Source: Escherichia coli
GTDB lineage: Bacteria; Pseudomonadota; Gammaproteobacteria; Enterobacterales; Enterobacteriaceae
DNA length: 64,000 nucleotides
Direction: 5' to 3' (one strand)
Assembly (NCBI RefSeq): GCF_024223415.1
Contig: NZ_CP100500.1
In this document: one piece after another, positions 51,853-60,000 of the stretch
How positions within the stretch are numbered: position 1 is the stretch's first letter
Layout of the letters: every line of letters begins with the position of its first letter
Notes under the pieces: model-generated
Seen by the model: the letters and a program-made list of their open reading frames with translations, nothing else
Databases searched by the model: none
Told to the model about the DNA's origin: nothing
Program-made: the position numbers and the translations under genes

Positions 51853-52425
51853 TCACACCCCCGCTAAATCCACCCACCAGCGGCGATTATCCGCACGCGG
51901 CATTTTTTCGGGGTGCTGCTCATACAGGGAACGGCGGGCCAGCTCCACGCCGGAATCGGGGTAAGCCGGTACCGATGTAACGGTAATTTCGTACAGTTCC
52001 GCCACCAGCACGGTACGAACGCATGGATCTGTTGTGGTATCCCATACATCCTTACGGGAGCGAAAGCCAAAGCTCATGCCGGATATATCACCGCGTTTAA
52101 CCAGTTCGATAACGTCGCGCCCTGTACTGGTATCCGGTGGGGTCAGTTCAAAGCGTAACCCTGTTTCGTCCTCTTCCAGTTTCAGCGTGCCGGAACGGGT
52201 GCGCCCCAGTAACATGCTGTGGTCATGCTCATACAGGCCGCGAACGTCATTACCCGCCGCAAGCCATTCAGTAAACGCCCCCCGCTGGAATTTTTCGTAA
52301 AACTCACCCCATAACAGTTCTGAAAGCTTATCCCAGCGAACAACGTAGCCCGTCAGCGTACCGGCTCCGCTCGTGGTGATTTCCGATGACCGGATTTCCA
52401 TACTCTTCATAATTTTTTCACCCAT
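51853..52425 (-). CDS. Prohead protease (HK97 family)
   Basis: 190-aa ORF between capsid and portal genes; resembles HK97-type prohead protease. Confidence 0.8.
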   Translation of the reverse strand: MGEKIMKSMEIRSSEITTSGAGTLTGYVVRWDKLSELLWGEFYEKFQRGAFTEWLAAGNDVRGLYEHDHSMLLGRTRSGTLKLEEDETGLRFELTPPDTSTGRDVIELVKRGDISGMSFGFRSRKDVWDTTTDPCVRTVLVAELYEITVTSVPAYPDSGVELARRSLYEQHPEKMPRADNRRWWVDLAGV

Positions 52426-52464
52426 AAAACACTAAAGGGGCTTTTAAGCCCCTTCTGTATGCTG

Positions 52465-53622
52465 TTAATCGTCGTCCTGTGGCAGTTCCAGAATCTTGAT
52501 CGCGTTCGAATCCACCACGCCACCGCCTAAATATTTCTGCGTGAAAATTTTGATGAAGCCCGGCTCTGTGATGTTGTCCGGTCTGGTGCGAACACCTGTT
52601 TCGTGATCAACAATGTAGTAACCGCGTTTGAAGTCACCCAGGGCAATAACGTTATCAGGCATAAACTCCAGATATTCGACCGGAAGGCCCAGCAACGTAT
52701 CAGGATCACCCGCCTGTAAACGGTCGCGCCAGATGTAATCACCGTTCGCGTTCTTCACCTTCTGAAGTTTTGCCGCCGTTGTGGAGTTAACCACCCATAC
52801 CGCGTTCTTGCGGTATTTTTTACGCAATGCAAATTTCAGGTCGATCAGCGGGTCCGCAGATGTCCACGCCAGACCGTGAGCGGGCTTGATAACCTGCAAC
52901 GTTCCGAAGTCGCGTTCTTTGTCGCTCTTCTCTGCACGGGGGACGGATAAAAAGCCTTTTGCTTTTTTGTCACCGTCGCCCACAACCAGATCGCTTTCTT
53001 CGGTTTCCGTGAAGGTGTCGCCAATCTCGGCCGTCAGCCATGAAAGGATGTCCACATCGGAAAAATCCACGATTTCCTGTGTGGTGCGCGGGTACGCATA
53101 GACCGGATACAGCTTAATGCTCACCTCGTTAATCTGCGGGGTGCTGGTCTGTTCGCGTGCCTTACCCTCTTCACCGTGGTTAACGGTCGCACCGCCAGCG
53201 GAAACAAGCTGCTTAAACTCGTTGCTGCTGATTTTCTTCACGGTACAGATGCGGCGCATGGTGGATTCATCCGCCAGCATTCGCATGATTTCGGTGTTCA
53301 GTTCGGGGATAACGGTATAACCACCATCAGCGGGAACGCCTGTACTTAATGCGCGGGTTTCACCTGTCAGAATGTAGTTGCGTAGTTCTGCGGGGTCAGT
53401 GGTCTGACTGCTTTTACCTGGCTTGCTGCGCTCTTCGTCTGCAATGGCTTCAAGGCGGGAAATGTCTTTATCGAGGGATTCAGCTTTAGCGCGTAATTCA
53501 TCAAATTTTGCGCCCTCAGCATCGTTAAGACTGCGGTTTTCTTTTTCCGCGTTCTCCAGCATGTCGCGCATCTGATTTTTAATGGCGGTTTTCTGCTGGC
53601 GTAATTCGATTATTCTCGGCAT
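52465..53622 (-). CDS. Major capsid protein (HK97 fold)
   Basis: 385-aa product from MPRIIELRQQKTAIKNQMRDMLENAEK (ATG at 53622): N-terminal delta/scaffold-like coiled coil then capsid domain. The track ORF extends to a TTG at 53667. Confidence 0.85.
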   Translation of the reverse strand: MPRIIELRQQKTAIKNQMRDMLENAEKENRSLNDAEGAKFDELRAKAESLDKDISRLEAIADEERSKPGKSSQTTDPAELRNYILTGETRALSTGVPADGGYTVIPELNTEIMRMLADESTMRRICTVKKISSNEFKQLVSAGGATVNHGEEGKAREQTSTPQINEVSIKLYPVYAYPRTTQEIVDFSDVDILSWLTAEIGDTFTETEESDLVVGDGDKKAKGFLSVPRAEKSDKERDFGTLQVIKPAHGLAWTSADPLIDLKFALRKKYRKNAVWVVNSTTAAKLQKVKNANGDYIWRDRLQAGDPDTLLGLPVEYLEFMPDNVIALGDFKRGYYIVDHETGVRTRPDNITEPGFIKIFTQKYLGGGVVDSNAIKILELPQDDD

Positions 53623-53836
53623 AAAAAAAAGTCCTGGGGTTAAGTAAGGAACTCCAGGACGCGGCAAAAACTCAACCGTTTTTCATAAGGAAATCAGCAA
53701 TCGCACCGATCGTTTTCCCGCCTGGTAATGAATATTGGCGAGCACATTAACAGGCGGGAAAGTGGCCCCAGCGTCCTGGCACCACGGGCGAGAATAATCA
53801 TGATTCAGTTCGAGTAAAATATGCCGATCCGCTCAG

Positions 53837-53863
53837 TGAACAACCTGGAACAACCACGAACAA
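53837..53863 (+). repeat. Phased heptamer array 2 (TGAACAA, GGAACAA, CGAACAA at exact 10-bp spacing)
   Basis: Read directly; lies in the divergent region between the capsid gene and the moron. Confidence 0.7.
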
Positions 53864-53937
53864 ATAATTTACAAAACCTGAAAAAATAAATAAACTGTTC
53901 CGTACATTTTCTGCTCGTTAATCAGGAGGAACGAACT

Positions 53938-54411
53938 ATGTCAGAAAATGAACTGAAAAAAGCAATGTTCATTCAGCAACGATTGCAGATTCTCCACCTT
54001 GGTAAACACTATGATGAGTTCAGTGATTCTTACGTGTATGCCTGGGAGGCAGATGTTTATCCTTTCTTGCAGGATGGCGACGGAAGTATTCCTGCTCGCC
54101 CACATGAAATTTACGAAGAGTTTTTCGGCACATCTAAAAACAAAGCCAAAAAGATATACGATCGTCTGTGCAAAGCCTGGCACGACCAGGAGGCACTCAC
54201 ATTCTATAAACTAGAAAGTGAATATGGTGTAACAAGTAGCAGCATGCACAGATGGACACGAAGTGATTTACTTCACATCTGCCGCTATCTGTATCTTGAG
54301 GGGTGTTTCGATAAAGATTTCTGGGAAACATTACTGGAAAACGGAAAATGCCCAAGCGAAGCACTTTACCTTAGCGATGAATTTAATCGCGATACAGAGA
54401 TCGACTTCTAA
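53938..54411 (+). CDS. Hypothetical protein (157 aa), moron cargo gene
   Basis: Only + strand gene in the island interior; strong SD (CAGGAGGAACGAACTATG); own hairpin terminator; visibly lower GC than flanking genes; acidic C-terminus; no recognisable motif. Confidence 0.7.
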   Translation: MSENELKKAMFIQQRLQILHLGKHYDEFSDSYVYAWEADVYPFLQDGDGSIPARPHEIYEEFFGTSKNKAKKIYDRLCKAWHDQEALTFYKLESEYGVTSSSMHRWTRSDLLHICRYLYLEGCFDKDFWETLLENGKCPSEALYLSDEFNRDTEIDF

Positions 54412-54416
54412 AAAAA

Positions 54417-54446
54417 TGGCCTGGAAAATACCAGGCCATTATTATT
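54417..54446. terminator. Bidirectional terminator after the moron
   Basis: TGGCCTGG-aaaata-CCAGGCCA hairpin flanked by an A-run and a T-rich tract. Confidence 0.8.
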
Positions 54447-54734
54447 CTACCGTTTCACGGGATCACGCATTCTGCGCCTTATTTTCCACAGATATTCGAT
54501 CATCGCTTCCACCTGCTCACGGTTGGTTGCGAAAATTTCCCCGGTCAGTGAGCTACGCAGAAAATCATGATGATCCACAAAAAATAACGCATCGGAAGAA
54601 AGCAGCCGGAGATATTTTTTTGCTGTCGTGCTTTCCAGATCATCAAAATCATGAAGCTTTTTATGTTGCTGGACTTCTTCAAATGTCACTGGCATGTTTC
54701 CTCCTGCTACCACGATACCAGAAACAGTTAACAA
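54447..54734 (-). CDS. Hypothetical protein (95 aa)
   Basis: ORF at the distal end of the leftward replication operon; no motif recognised. Confidence 0.55.
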   Translation of the reverse strand: MLTVSGIVVAGGNMPVTFEEVQQHKKLHDFDDLESTTAKKYLRLLSSDALFFVDHHDFLRSSLTGEIFATNREQVEAMIEYLWKIRRRMRDPVKR

Positions 54735-54740
54735 CCGTTA

Positions 54741-55022
54741 TCAATTATCCCCTTTTTTAGGGTAGTTCCTGAACATCTCACCGCCAGGCTTCTGTAAGCC
54801 CATCCCGGTATGTGTGCGGTTTATGGCCTCTTTCAGTATTCCGAAATTATCCGGTATGACTGGTGGGCGTGCTGCCTTACGGATACATTCCGCGCGACGC
54901 TTTGCCACTTGTTCGCGCTCCTTGTCAGTGCTCACCAGCCACATAACATCAGCCCATCGCGCGGCCGCCCTCCGGTAAAATCCTTTCGCCTCCAGTTCCT
55001 CCGCTATCCGGTCATGTACCAT
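54741..55022 (-). CDS. Hypothetical protein (93 aa)
   Basis: Start placed at ATG 55022, 10 nt after the ssb stop (the track ORF extends into ssb); MVHDRIAEELEAKGFYRRAAARWADVMWLVSTDKEREQVAKRRAECIRKA... Possible small regulator; unverified. Confidence 0.5.
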   Translation of the reverse strand: MVHDRIAEELEAKGFYRRAAARWADVMWLVSTDKEREQVAKRRAECIRKAARPPVIPDNFGILKEAINRTHTGMGLQKPGGEMFRNYPKKGDN

Positions 55023-55032
55023 CGTCACCCCC

Positions 55033-55443
55033 TCAGAACGGAATATCATCACCGTAAGGGTCATCGCCTCCCGCTGGTGGCTGATTACCCTGTGTGCCTG
55101 TGGTTTTGCGTCTGTTCCCACCAGGACGTGCCGCACGCGCACTGATTACGCTGTCTGCGATAACCTGCCAGCCCTGCCGCGTTTCCCCGTTCTGTCCGGT
55201 CCACTGGCTGACCTGCATCGTGCCGGATACGCTGGCAACGTCGCCTTTTTGATGTTTAGCCAGAAAGTCGGCCTGTTTGCCAAATGCGATGACCGATAAC
55301 CATAACGTCGCCTGTCCGTCCTGTGCCTGGCCGCATGGTAAAGATACCGCCATACGCGCCAGCGTCATCGGTGTACCCTTACTGGTCTGTTTTACCTGCG
55401 GGTCGTCCACCAGCCGCCCGTAAGCTGCAATTTGTGCTGTCAT
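55033..55443 (-). CDS. ssb: Single-stranded DNA-binding protein
   Basis: 136-aa ORF with OB-fold-like core resembling E. coli SSB and the C-terminal acidic tail ...DDPYGDDIPF. Confidence 0.85.
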   Translation of the reverse strand: MTAQIAAYGRLVDDPQVKQTSKGTPMTLARMAVSLPCGQAQDGQATLWLSVIAFGKQADFLAKHQKGDVASVSGTMQVSQWTGQNGETRQGWQVIADSVISARAARPGGNRRKTTGTQGNQPPAGGDDPYGDDIPF

Positions 55444-55452
55444 ATTGCCACC

Positions 55453-55758
55453 TCAGTGAAGCGATCCGGCGTTGTTCTTTTTCATCTCTTCCATCATTTT
55501 TTCAGTGAGCATTACGCACTGAAAACCCATGTTTTTGATGTCTACGGGTTTCATGCCTTTGTCAGTGGATATCACAGGCAGAATATCCTGATACACATCG
55601 CCGCCAGGGTAACTAAGCACACAAAGCGCCCATGATGCCACGGGTGAGGATCCTTGGTCTGTTTCAACCCACCAGCCTGGTGTAGCTGCGCTTATTTGCA
55701 GAATCGTGATCCGTCCGTTGTGCTTGTAAAATTTTTCACCACATTTTGGTTCGCTCAT
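55453..55758 (-). CDS. Hypothetical protein (101 aa)
   Basis: ORF between ssb and the origin. Confidence 0.55.
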   Translation of the reverse strand: MSEPKCGEKFYKHNGRITILQISAATPGWWVETDQGSSPVASWALCVLSYPGGDVYQDILPVISTDKGMKPVDIKNMGFQCVMLTEKMMEEMKKNNAGSLH

Positions 55759-56036
55759 GCTTCCACCTCTCCGGTTTTAACGTTGATGGTTGTCACCTGT
55801 TCCGCTCCGGCAATCTCCCGTTCTGTCAGCGTGGCAAAATTTGCCGCTACCGTTGTCATGAATGCGCTTATCAGTTCGGGATGTGCTTTCGCGTATCCTT
55901 CTCCCGCGTGGCGGTCTATCGTTCTGATTGCCACCTTTAAGGCGTGCTCTGTCATGTCTAACGCTTTATATTTTGGCGCTGTCTTATCTCTGGTTTTTCT
56001 GTTCATTCCCCACCACTCCCCACTTTTGCTCCCCAC
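55755..56036 (-). CDS. Hypothetical protein (about 83-93 aa)
   Basis: ORF immediately downstream of the iteron array; true start probably the internal MNRKTRDK (56006) because the upstream codons lie within the iterons. Confidence 0.45.
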   Translation of the reverse strand: MGSKSGEWWGMNRKTRDKTAPKYKALDMTEHALKVAIRTIDRHAGEGYAKAHPELISAFMTTVAANFATLTEREIAGAEQVTTINVKTGEVEA

Positions 56037-56221
56037 TTTTTAAATTCCCCACTTGCTCCCCACCTCGTTTTTTGAGTGAATCTAATGCTTTGTTTTTCAT
56101 TGCGTTTTTTGCTCCCCACTTTTTTGGATGTATACAGGTGGGAAAGTGGGGAATTATGTTTCAATTTTGTTAAATTCCCCACTCTCCCCACTTTTACTAC
56201 CCACTTTTTACAGTGGGTAAA
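56007..56221. repeat. Iteron array, putative replication origin of the island
   Basis: At least 9 direct copies of (C/T)TCCCCAC(TTTT) at irregular spacing plus 3 inverted copies (AGTGGGGAA, GGTGGGAAA, CAGTGGGTAAA) with A/T-rich spacers, directly 3' of the rep gene. Confidence 0.8.
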
Positions 56222-57614
56222 CATCATCCCCATCGACACAAATCACGCCGTCTTTTTCCAGCTTGTACAGCCAGCGCCGGAAGTGCTTCATCTCATACCC
56301 CAGCTTTTTCATATCGTCGCGGAGAAGGGCGATAGTGCATGGCTCTTTGTGTGCCGTCCGCGTTCTGATGCACTGCCATAGCGCGGCGTGATTCTCCGAT
56401 TTGTTGCCTGCTTCCTCGATGCGCTCCAGTTCAGCAGGGGCGCGGGGAACGTCAATCACCACCATAGACACAATCTCTTCGCCATCTGTATCGGTGAACA
56501 CCTCCACGCTTTTAAGGTCGTATGCACTCTCTTTTGGCTCCTCTGCGTCCTTCATCTTCGTACACGCCGCCACCAGTGCTGTAACGTCTGAATTTTCCCG
56601 GCTGATTCGGTACTCTGCATCAAGCGCGGCACGGAATGCGCTGGAACCACGCGCCCCCTTTGTTTCATCCTTGCCGGAATGGTGAACCACCAGCACCGTG
56701 GCCCCTGTGGCCTGCTTTATCGCGTCACACCCCTGGATAAATGCGCCCATATCACGGGAATCATTTTCATCATTCCCACCAAAGCAACGGGCCAGTGTGT
56801 CGATCACAATCAGCCGCACATTTTCGCCCGTTCTGCTCTTAACAAGTCCGGCAGTCCTGATAACCTGCTCCACATAGTCAGGCGATGCAGGGAAAACAGG
56901 CGCGTTAATGATGCACAAATCTGTAACCACCTTGTCGTGGGTTATCTCCCACGCCTTAACGCGGCGTTTTACGCCCATGCTGCCTTCACCAGCGATATAG
57001 ATAACCGCCCCCTTACTTACCCTGCGGCCTCCCCATGCCATACCTGTGGCAACATGGCACGACCAGGAAATGGCGAGGAACGATTTATAAGAACCGCTGG
57101 CCCCGTAGGTGCTGCATAATGACTCAGCCGGAATAAGCCCCTTAATTACGTAGCTTTGCTGCGCGTCGAATCCCTCAGAACCCCATGAGATGGGAAGCGT
57201 GATTTTTCGCTTTCCGCCATTCATGACCAGGCTTTCCCCTCTCTCCCATGTTTCCCGTAGTCGTGGTAGCTGGTCGCTCCAGTCCTCCAGCAGTTCGAAA
57301 TTTTCAGAAAGTAGCCGCGCCTCCTGGACTCCGGCGATCGCCAGTTTTGTGGCAATGGTCAGCATCTGCATATCGTCCAGGTTTCCGGCGCGTATGACCT
57401 TTGCCCTGTATCGTCCTTCATCAACAATCTGTAAGTTGTCCAGTTCGCTTAACTGATAACGGCCCAGGTAAACCGGAGGGATGGGATCGCCTGCTTTTTT
57501 GGCCTGTGCAATCATGTAATGTTCTGCAAAGGAGTGAGCATTATCACCCGCAAAAATAACCGCCTCAGTGTGTTTATCTTTCGGTAACAGTTTTACGTTC
57601 GGTGCAAGTTTCAT
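56208..57614 (-). CDS. Replication initiator / RepA-like P-loop ATPase (AAA_25-type helicase domain)
   Basis: 468-aa ORF with central P-loop-like segment (YGASGSYKS...LIVIDTLARCF...VLVVHHSGKDETKG), the pattern of RepA/DnaB-like helicases; N-terminal 150 aa unassigned. Confidence 0.7.
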   Translation of the reverse strand: MKLAPNVKLLPKDKHTEAVIFAGDNAHSFAEHYMIAQAKKAGDPIPPVYLGRYQLSELDNLQIVDEGRYRAKVIRAGNLDDMQMLTIATKLAIAGVQEARLLSENFELLEDWSDQLPRLRETWERGESLVMNGGKRKITLPISWGSEGFDAQQSYVIKGLIPAESLCSTYGASGSYKSFLAISWSCHVATGMAWGGRRVSKGAVIYIAGEGSMGVKRRVKAWEITHDKVVTDLCIINAPVFPASPDYVEQVIRTAGLVKSRTGENVRLIVIDTLARCFGGNDENDSRDMGAFIQGCDAIKQATGATVLVVHHSGKDETKGARGSSAFRAALDAEYRISRENSDVTALVAACTKMKDAEEPKESAYDLKSVEVFTDTDGEEIVSMVVIDVPRAPAELERIEEAGNKSENHAALWQCIRTRTAHKEPCTIALLRDDMKKLGYEMKHFRRWLYKLEKDGVICVDGDDVYPL

Positions 57615-57898
57615 TTCTTACCCCCTGCGACCAGCATTTCACGGATTTTGCGGATATAACTTGCAGCACGTTTCTGATTAACGGCTTTACGATGGCCCAC
57701 CAGCGTGAAATCACGCCGGAACTGATAAACAGGCATAACGCAGTCATATTCGTAGCCTTCACGGCGGTAAGTTACGCGACGTTCCTCCACGCTTTTAATT
57801 GTTACCGTGCCGCCGTAGTTATCTTTGAAAATATCGCCGGGGCGGATTTCAGGCCGAGCGGGGCCGCTGGCAGTAAAGCCAGAATATTTAAGTTTCAT
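57611..57898 (-). CDS. Hypothetical protein (95 aa), translationally coupled to rep
   Basis: Stop overlaps the rep start. Confidence 0.55.
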   Translation of the reverse strand: MKLKYSGFTASGPARPEIRPGDIFKDNYGGTVTIKSVEERRVTYRREGYEYDCVMPVYQFRRDFTLVGHRKAVNQKRAASYIRKIREMLVAGGKK

Positions 57899-57903
57899 TA
57901 TTT

Positions 57904-58137
57904 TTATTCTCCGGTGTGCTGTTCTTTATATCTGTCGTGCAATAGGTCTATTTCCTGCAACTCTGTTATTACAGGTTCAAGGAGAGTTATCAGAGATTTA
58001 ATAATCCGCGCATTCTTTACATCACGCTCATTATCGCCAAATGTATCTGGATACATTTGCAATATTTCGTACATACCTTCAGCGTAAGCAATGGCACTAA
58101 ATGCGCGGTCTATTGTTTCGAGGTAAATATCACGCAT
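57904..58137 (-). CDS. Hypothetical protein (77 aa)
   Basis: Tightly packed with flanking small ORFs on the same strand. Confidence 0.5.
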   Translation of the reverse strand: MRDIYLETIDRAFSAIAYAEGMYEILQMYPDTFGDNERDVKNARIIKSLITLLEPVITELQEIDLLHDRYKEQHTGE

Positions 58138-58138
58138 A

Positions 58139-58387
58139 TTAATCCCCGTCCGTCGTTTTTCTTAAAATAACCTCTGTCACGAAATCAGCATAATCGGCGG
58201 CGATATTCAGTACATCAAGCCCCGTTGATTTATATTCTCTCGTGGAAAGTAAGAAAAAAGCCGCTCTAATAAGCTCTGGCATTGACGAAAGCGCATCAGC
58301 CGCATCATCAGGAACGCCGGAAAATTCCTGTTTCAGGGAATTAAAACGATCATCACGCATAACCCCCCCCATTTTCACAATCAGCAA
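58139..58387 (-). CDS. Hypothetical protein (about 73-82 aa)
   Basis: Tightly packed small ORF; start may be the internal Met at 58360. Confidence 0.45.
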   Translation of the reverse strand: MLIVKMGGVMRDDRFNSLKQEFSGVPDDAADALSSMPELIRAAFFLLSTREYKSTGLDVLNIAADYADFVTEVILRKTTDGD

Positions 58388-58634
58388 TCAGGATGGCTTT
58401 GGCCTCATTCAGTGCCATATCAGCGGTAAGCTGTGCGTAGGCCAGCAAATGCGGGATTATTGCCCCTGTATATTCCGTCTCTCTGGTAATGTGTTTTTCT
58501 GCGGTTGCTGCCGTGCATGAAATATCAATCAGCGCGTGCATCAGCGTTTTGATGGCTTCGGCGGCTGCGTCCGGACGGGTGTTATTGCACATGGCACACC
58601 TCCTGACGGATACGGGCGGCGAATACAGCGACAC
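58353..58634 (-). CDS. Hypothetical protein (up to 93 aa), first gene of the leftward early operon
   Basis: ORF immediately downstream of the divergent promoter region; start uncertain. Confidence 0.4.
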   Translation of the reverse strand: MSLYSPPVSVRRCAMCNNTRPDAAAEAIKTLMHALIDISCTAATAEKHITRETEYTGAIIPHLLAYAQLTADMALNEAKAILIADCENGGGYA

Positions 58635-58872
58635 AACCGGACGGGCAACGGTTACGCGCTTCGCGTTCCGTCCAGGCGGTCACGTGGATAATTTGAGATT
58701 CTCCGGCACTCAGTGCCAGAAAACGCCACACAAAGGCGGTTTGTGTGTGCGCTAGTCGTGGGGTATGCTGTGTTCCAGCCATAATCGTTACTCCTGTTAA
58801 CGGTTTGGTTAGACGCCCTGCATGTGTTACAGCACTGCGGGGCGTTGTCTTTTTAACGGCTTTCGTGATAGG

Positions 58873-58914
58873 GTGTACACCTATCAAGCAAAAAAATAAC
58901 GCTATAGGTGTACA
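58873..58914. promoter_or_regulatory. Palindromic operator overlapping the RHH gene start
   Basis: Perfect 12-bp inverted repeat GTGTACACCTAT (58873-58884) and ATAGGTGTACAC (58903-58914), each half containing the self-complementary GTGTACAC; ends 1 bp before the RHH ATG. Confidence 0.7.
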
Positions 58915-58915
58915 C

Positions 58916-59110
58916 ATGTCAACAGTTATTAAGCGAGATAAAAAACCAAAGGGAACAGGAAAAGCCCCCCCATTCCATATGCGAATAGCTCCAGAACTGA
59001 AAGAGCAGTTTGATAATGAGGCCAGCAATGATGGGGTAAGCCTAGCCAACTGGCTTAAAGAGTTGGGACGCAGTGAACTGAAGCGGCGCGGTATAGAACC
59101 CAAAGGTTGA
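58916..59110 (+). CDS. Ribbon-helix-helix (Arc/MetJ-type) DNA-binding protein, candidate island repressor
   Basis: 64-aa product MSTVIKRDKKPKGTGKAPPFHMRIAPELKEQFDNEASNDGVSLANWLKELGRSELKRRGIEPKG fits a beta-strand plus two helices RHH fold; divergent from the early operon. The track ORF 58745..59110 is an upstream extension. Confidence 0.6.
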   Translation: MSTVIKRDKKPKGTGKAPPFHMRIAPELKEQFDNEASNDGVSLANWLKELGRSELKRRGIEPKG

Positions 59111-59267
59111 TAGCCCACCAGCAAGCCAGGACACTGATCACATTGGCCACCGTGACAGGTGGCCTTTTCTTTGCCCGTTATCCGGCAATTGTGGCGCTTC
59201 GCCACACGGTTGATATAATCCCACTGCTCATATTCATTTTTTGCGCAGCAGGTAAATTGTTCAGAAA

Positions 59268-59296
59268 GGCGGCTCCTTATCGGGGCCGCTTTTTTT
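59268..59296 (+). terminator. Rho-independent terminator downstream of the RHH gene
   Basis: GGCGGCTCC-ttatc-GGGGCCGC hairpin (one G-U wobble) followed by TTTTTTT. Confidence 0.7.
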
Positions 59297-59437
59297 ATGC
59301 CTGAAAAACCGCGATTTTGTTGTTTTTCAGTTTCACAAGGCCGAACGAAGCCCCGCCCCTGTTCCGGCGTATATCCAGTCTTCATGGTTAAATCTCTGTA
59401 TTAGTGGATGGGTGGCGGCTGTGTGCCGCCAGTCTTT

Positions 59438-59626
59438 TTAGTGAACTGCCTCGCAGCTTTCCTTCCATGCCAGAACTTCGGATAAAGACCAGCCAACGGA
59501 ACGACCGCCCAGCTTACGCCGTGATGGGAATTGTCCGGCCTTTTCCAGGCGGTAGCGGCATGAGCGGCTAAGCCCTGTTAGCTTTTCGCATTCTTTTTCA
59601 CGTATAAAACGATCAGTGCTTAACAC
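59438..59626 (-). CDS. alpA: AlpA-family transcriptional regulator
   Basis: 62-aa ORF MLSTDRFIREKECEKLTGLSRSCRYRLEKAGQFPSRRKLGGRSVGWSLSEVLAWKE with the AlpA/MerR-like HTH pattern; sits next to the integrase as in P4-like elements and PICIs. Confidence 0.8.
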   Translation of the reverse strand: MLSTDRFIREKECEKLTGLSRSCRYRLEKAGQFPSRRKLGGRSVGWSLSEVLAWKESCEAVH

Positions 59627-59908
59627 TATTGCCCCCTTTCGTTTCTTAAAGAGTTATTTCGTGTTCTATTGCGTTGGTATGTGTCTGATTGTGTCAGGGT
59701 GATTCAGAGTTGGCAAATGTTGATGGCGGGTATTTTACAGAAACGGGGTGATTTTAATAAAAAACATTTTAATTCAGTATTATGCAAAGGCATAAAATCT
59801 CGTTTCATGCCTTTTTTCTCACTATTTAAAGCGTTATTCGCTAATGTATAAAAAACCAGTTGAGCATTAAAAATCAGCAACTTATAAATCTGTATATTTT
59901 TTGGCCTC

Positions 59909-59955
59909 TTGTTCGTGGTTGTTTCACGTTGTTGCGTATTGTTGCACGTTGTATC
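59909..59955 (-). repeat. Phased heptamer array 3 (five copies at exact 10-bp spacing, opposite orientation)
   Basis: Plus strand reads TTGTTCG, TTGTTTC, TTGTTGC, TTGTTGC, TTGTATC, the reverse complements of CGAACAA, GAAACAA, GCAACAA, GCAACAA, GATACAA; lies between the int stop and alpA. Confidence 0.7.
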
Positions 59956-60000
59956 TGTGCACTTATCCAGTATGCGCATACTGAAAAAACACGAAAAAAA

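Noticed and set aside
53938-54734. Convergent gene pair (157-aa and 95-aa ORFs) as a toxin-antitoxin module
   Set aside because: The two genes are convergent, separated by a bidirectional terminator and differ in GC content; TA pairs are normally co-transcribed. Independent cargo is the simpler reading.
56007-56221. Possible CRISPR array, from the repeated CCCCAC motifs
   Set aside because: Repeats are 9-12 bp, irregularly spaced and partly inverted, without unique spacers of constant length or any cas gene nearby; the pattern is that of iterons.
55928-56239. Track ORFs on both strands across the iteron array (55928..56173 +, 56003..56239 -)
   Set aside because: The reading frames are produced by the repeated CCCCACTTTT units (repetitive PTF/WGV peptides); the region is better explained as a replication origin.
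59107-59304. 65-aa track ORF downstream of the RHH gene
   Set aside because: It reads through the intrinsic terminator hairpin and T-run at 59268-59296 and has no RBS; more likely the untranslated 3' region of the RHH transcript.
58582-59385. 267-aa track ORF on the minus strand spanning the island control region
   Set aside because: It runs through the divergent promoter, antisense through the RHH gene and through the rho-independent terminator at 59268-59296; Cys/Arg/Ser-rich composition, no RBS.
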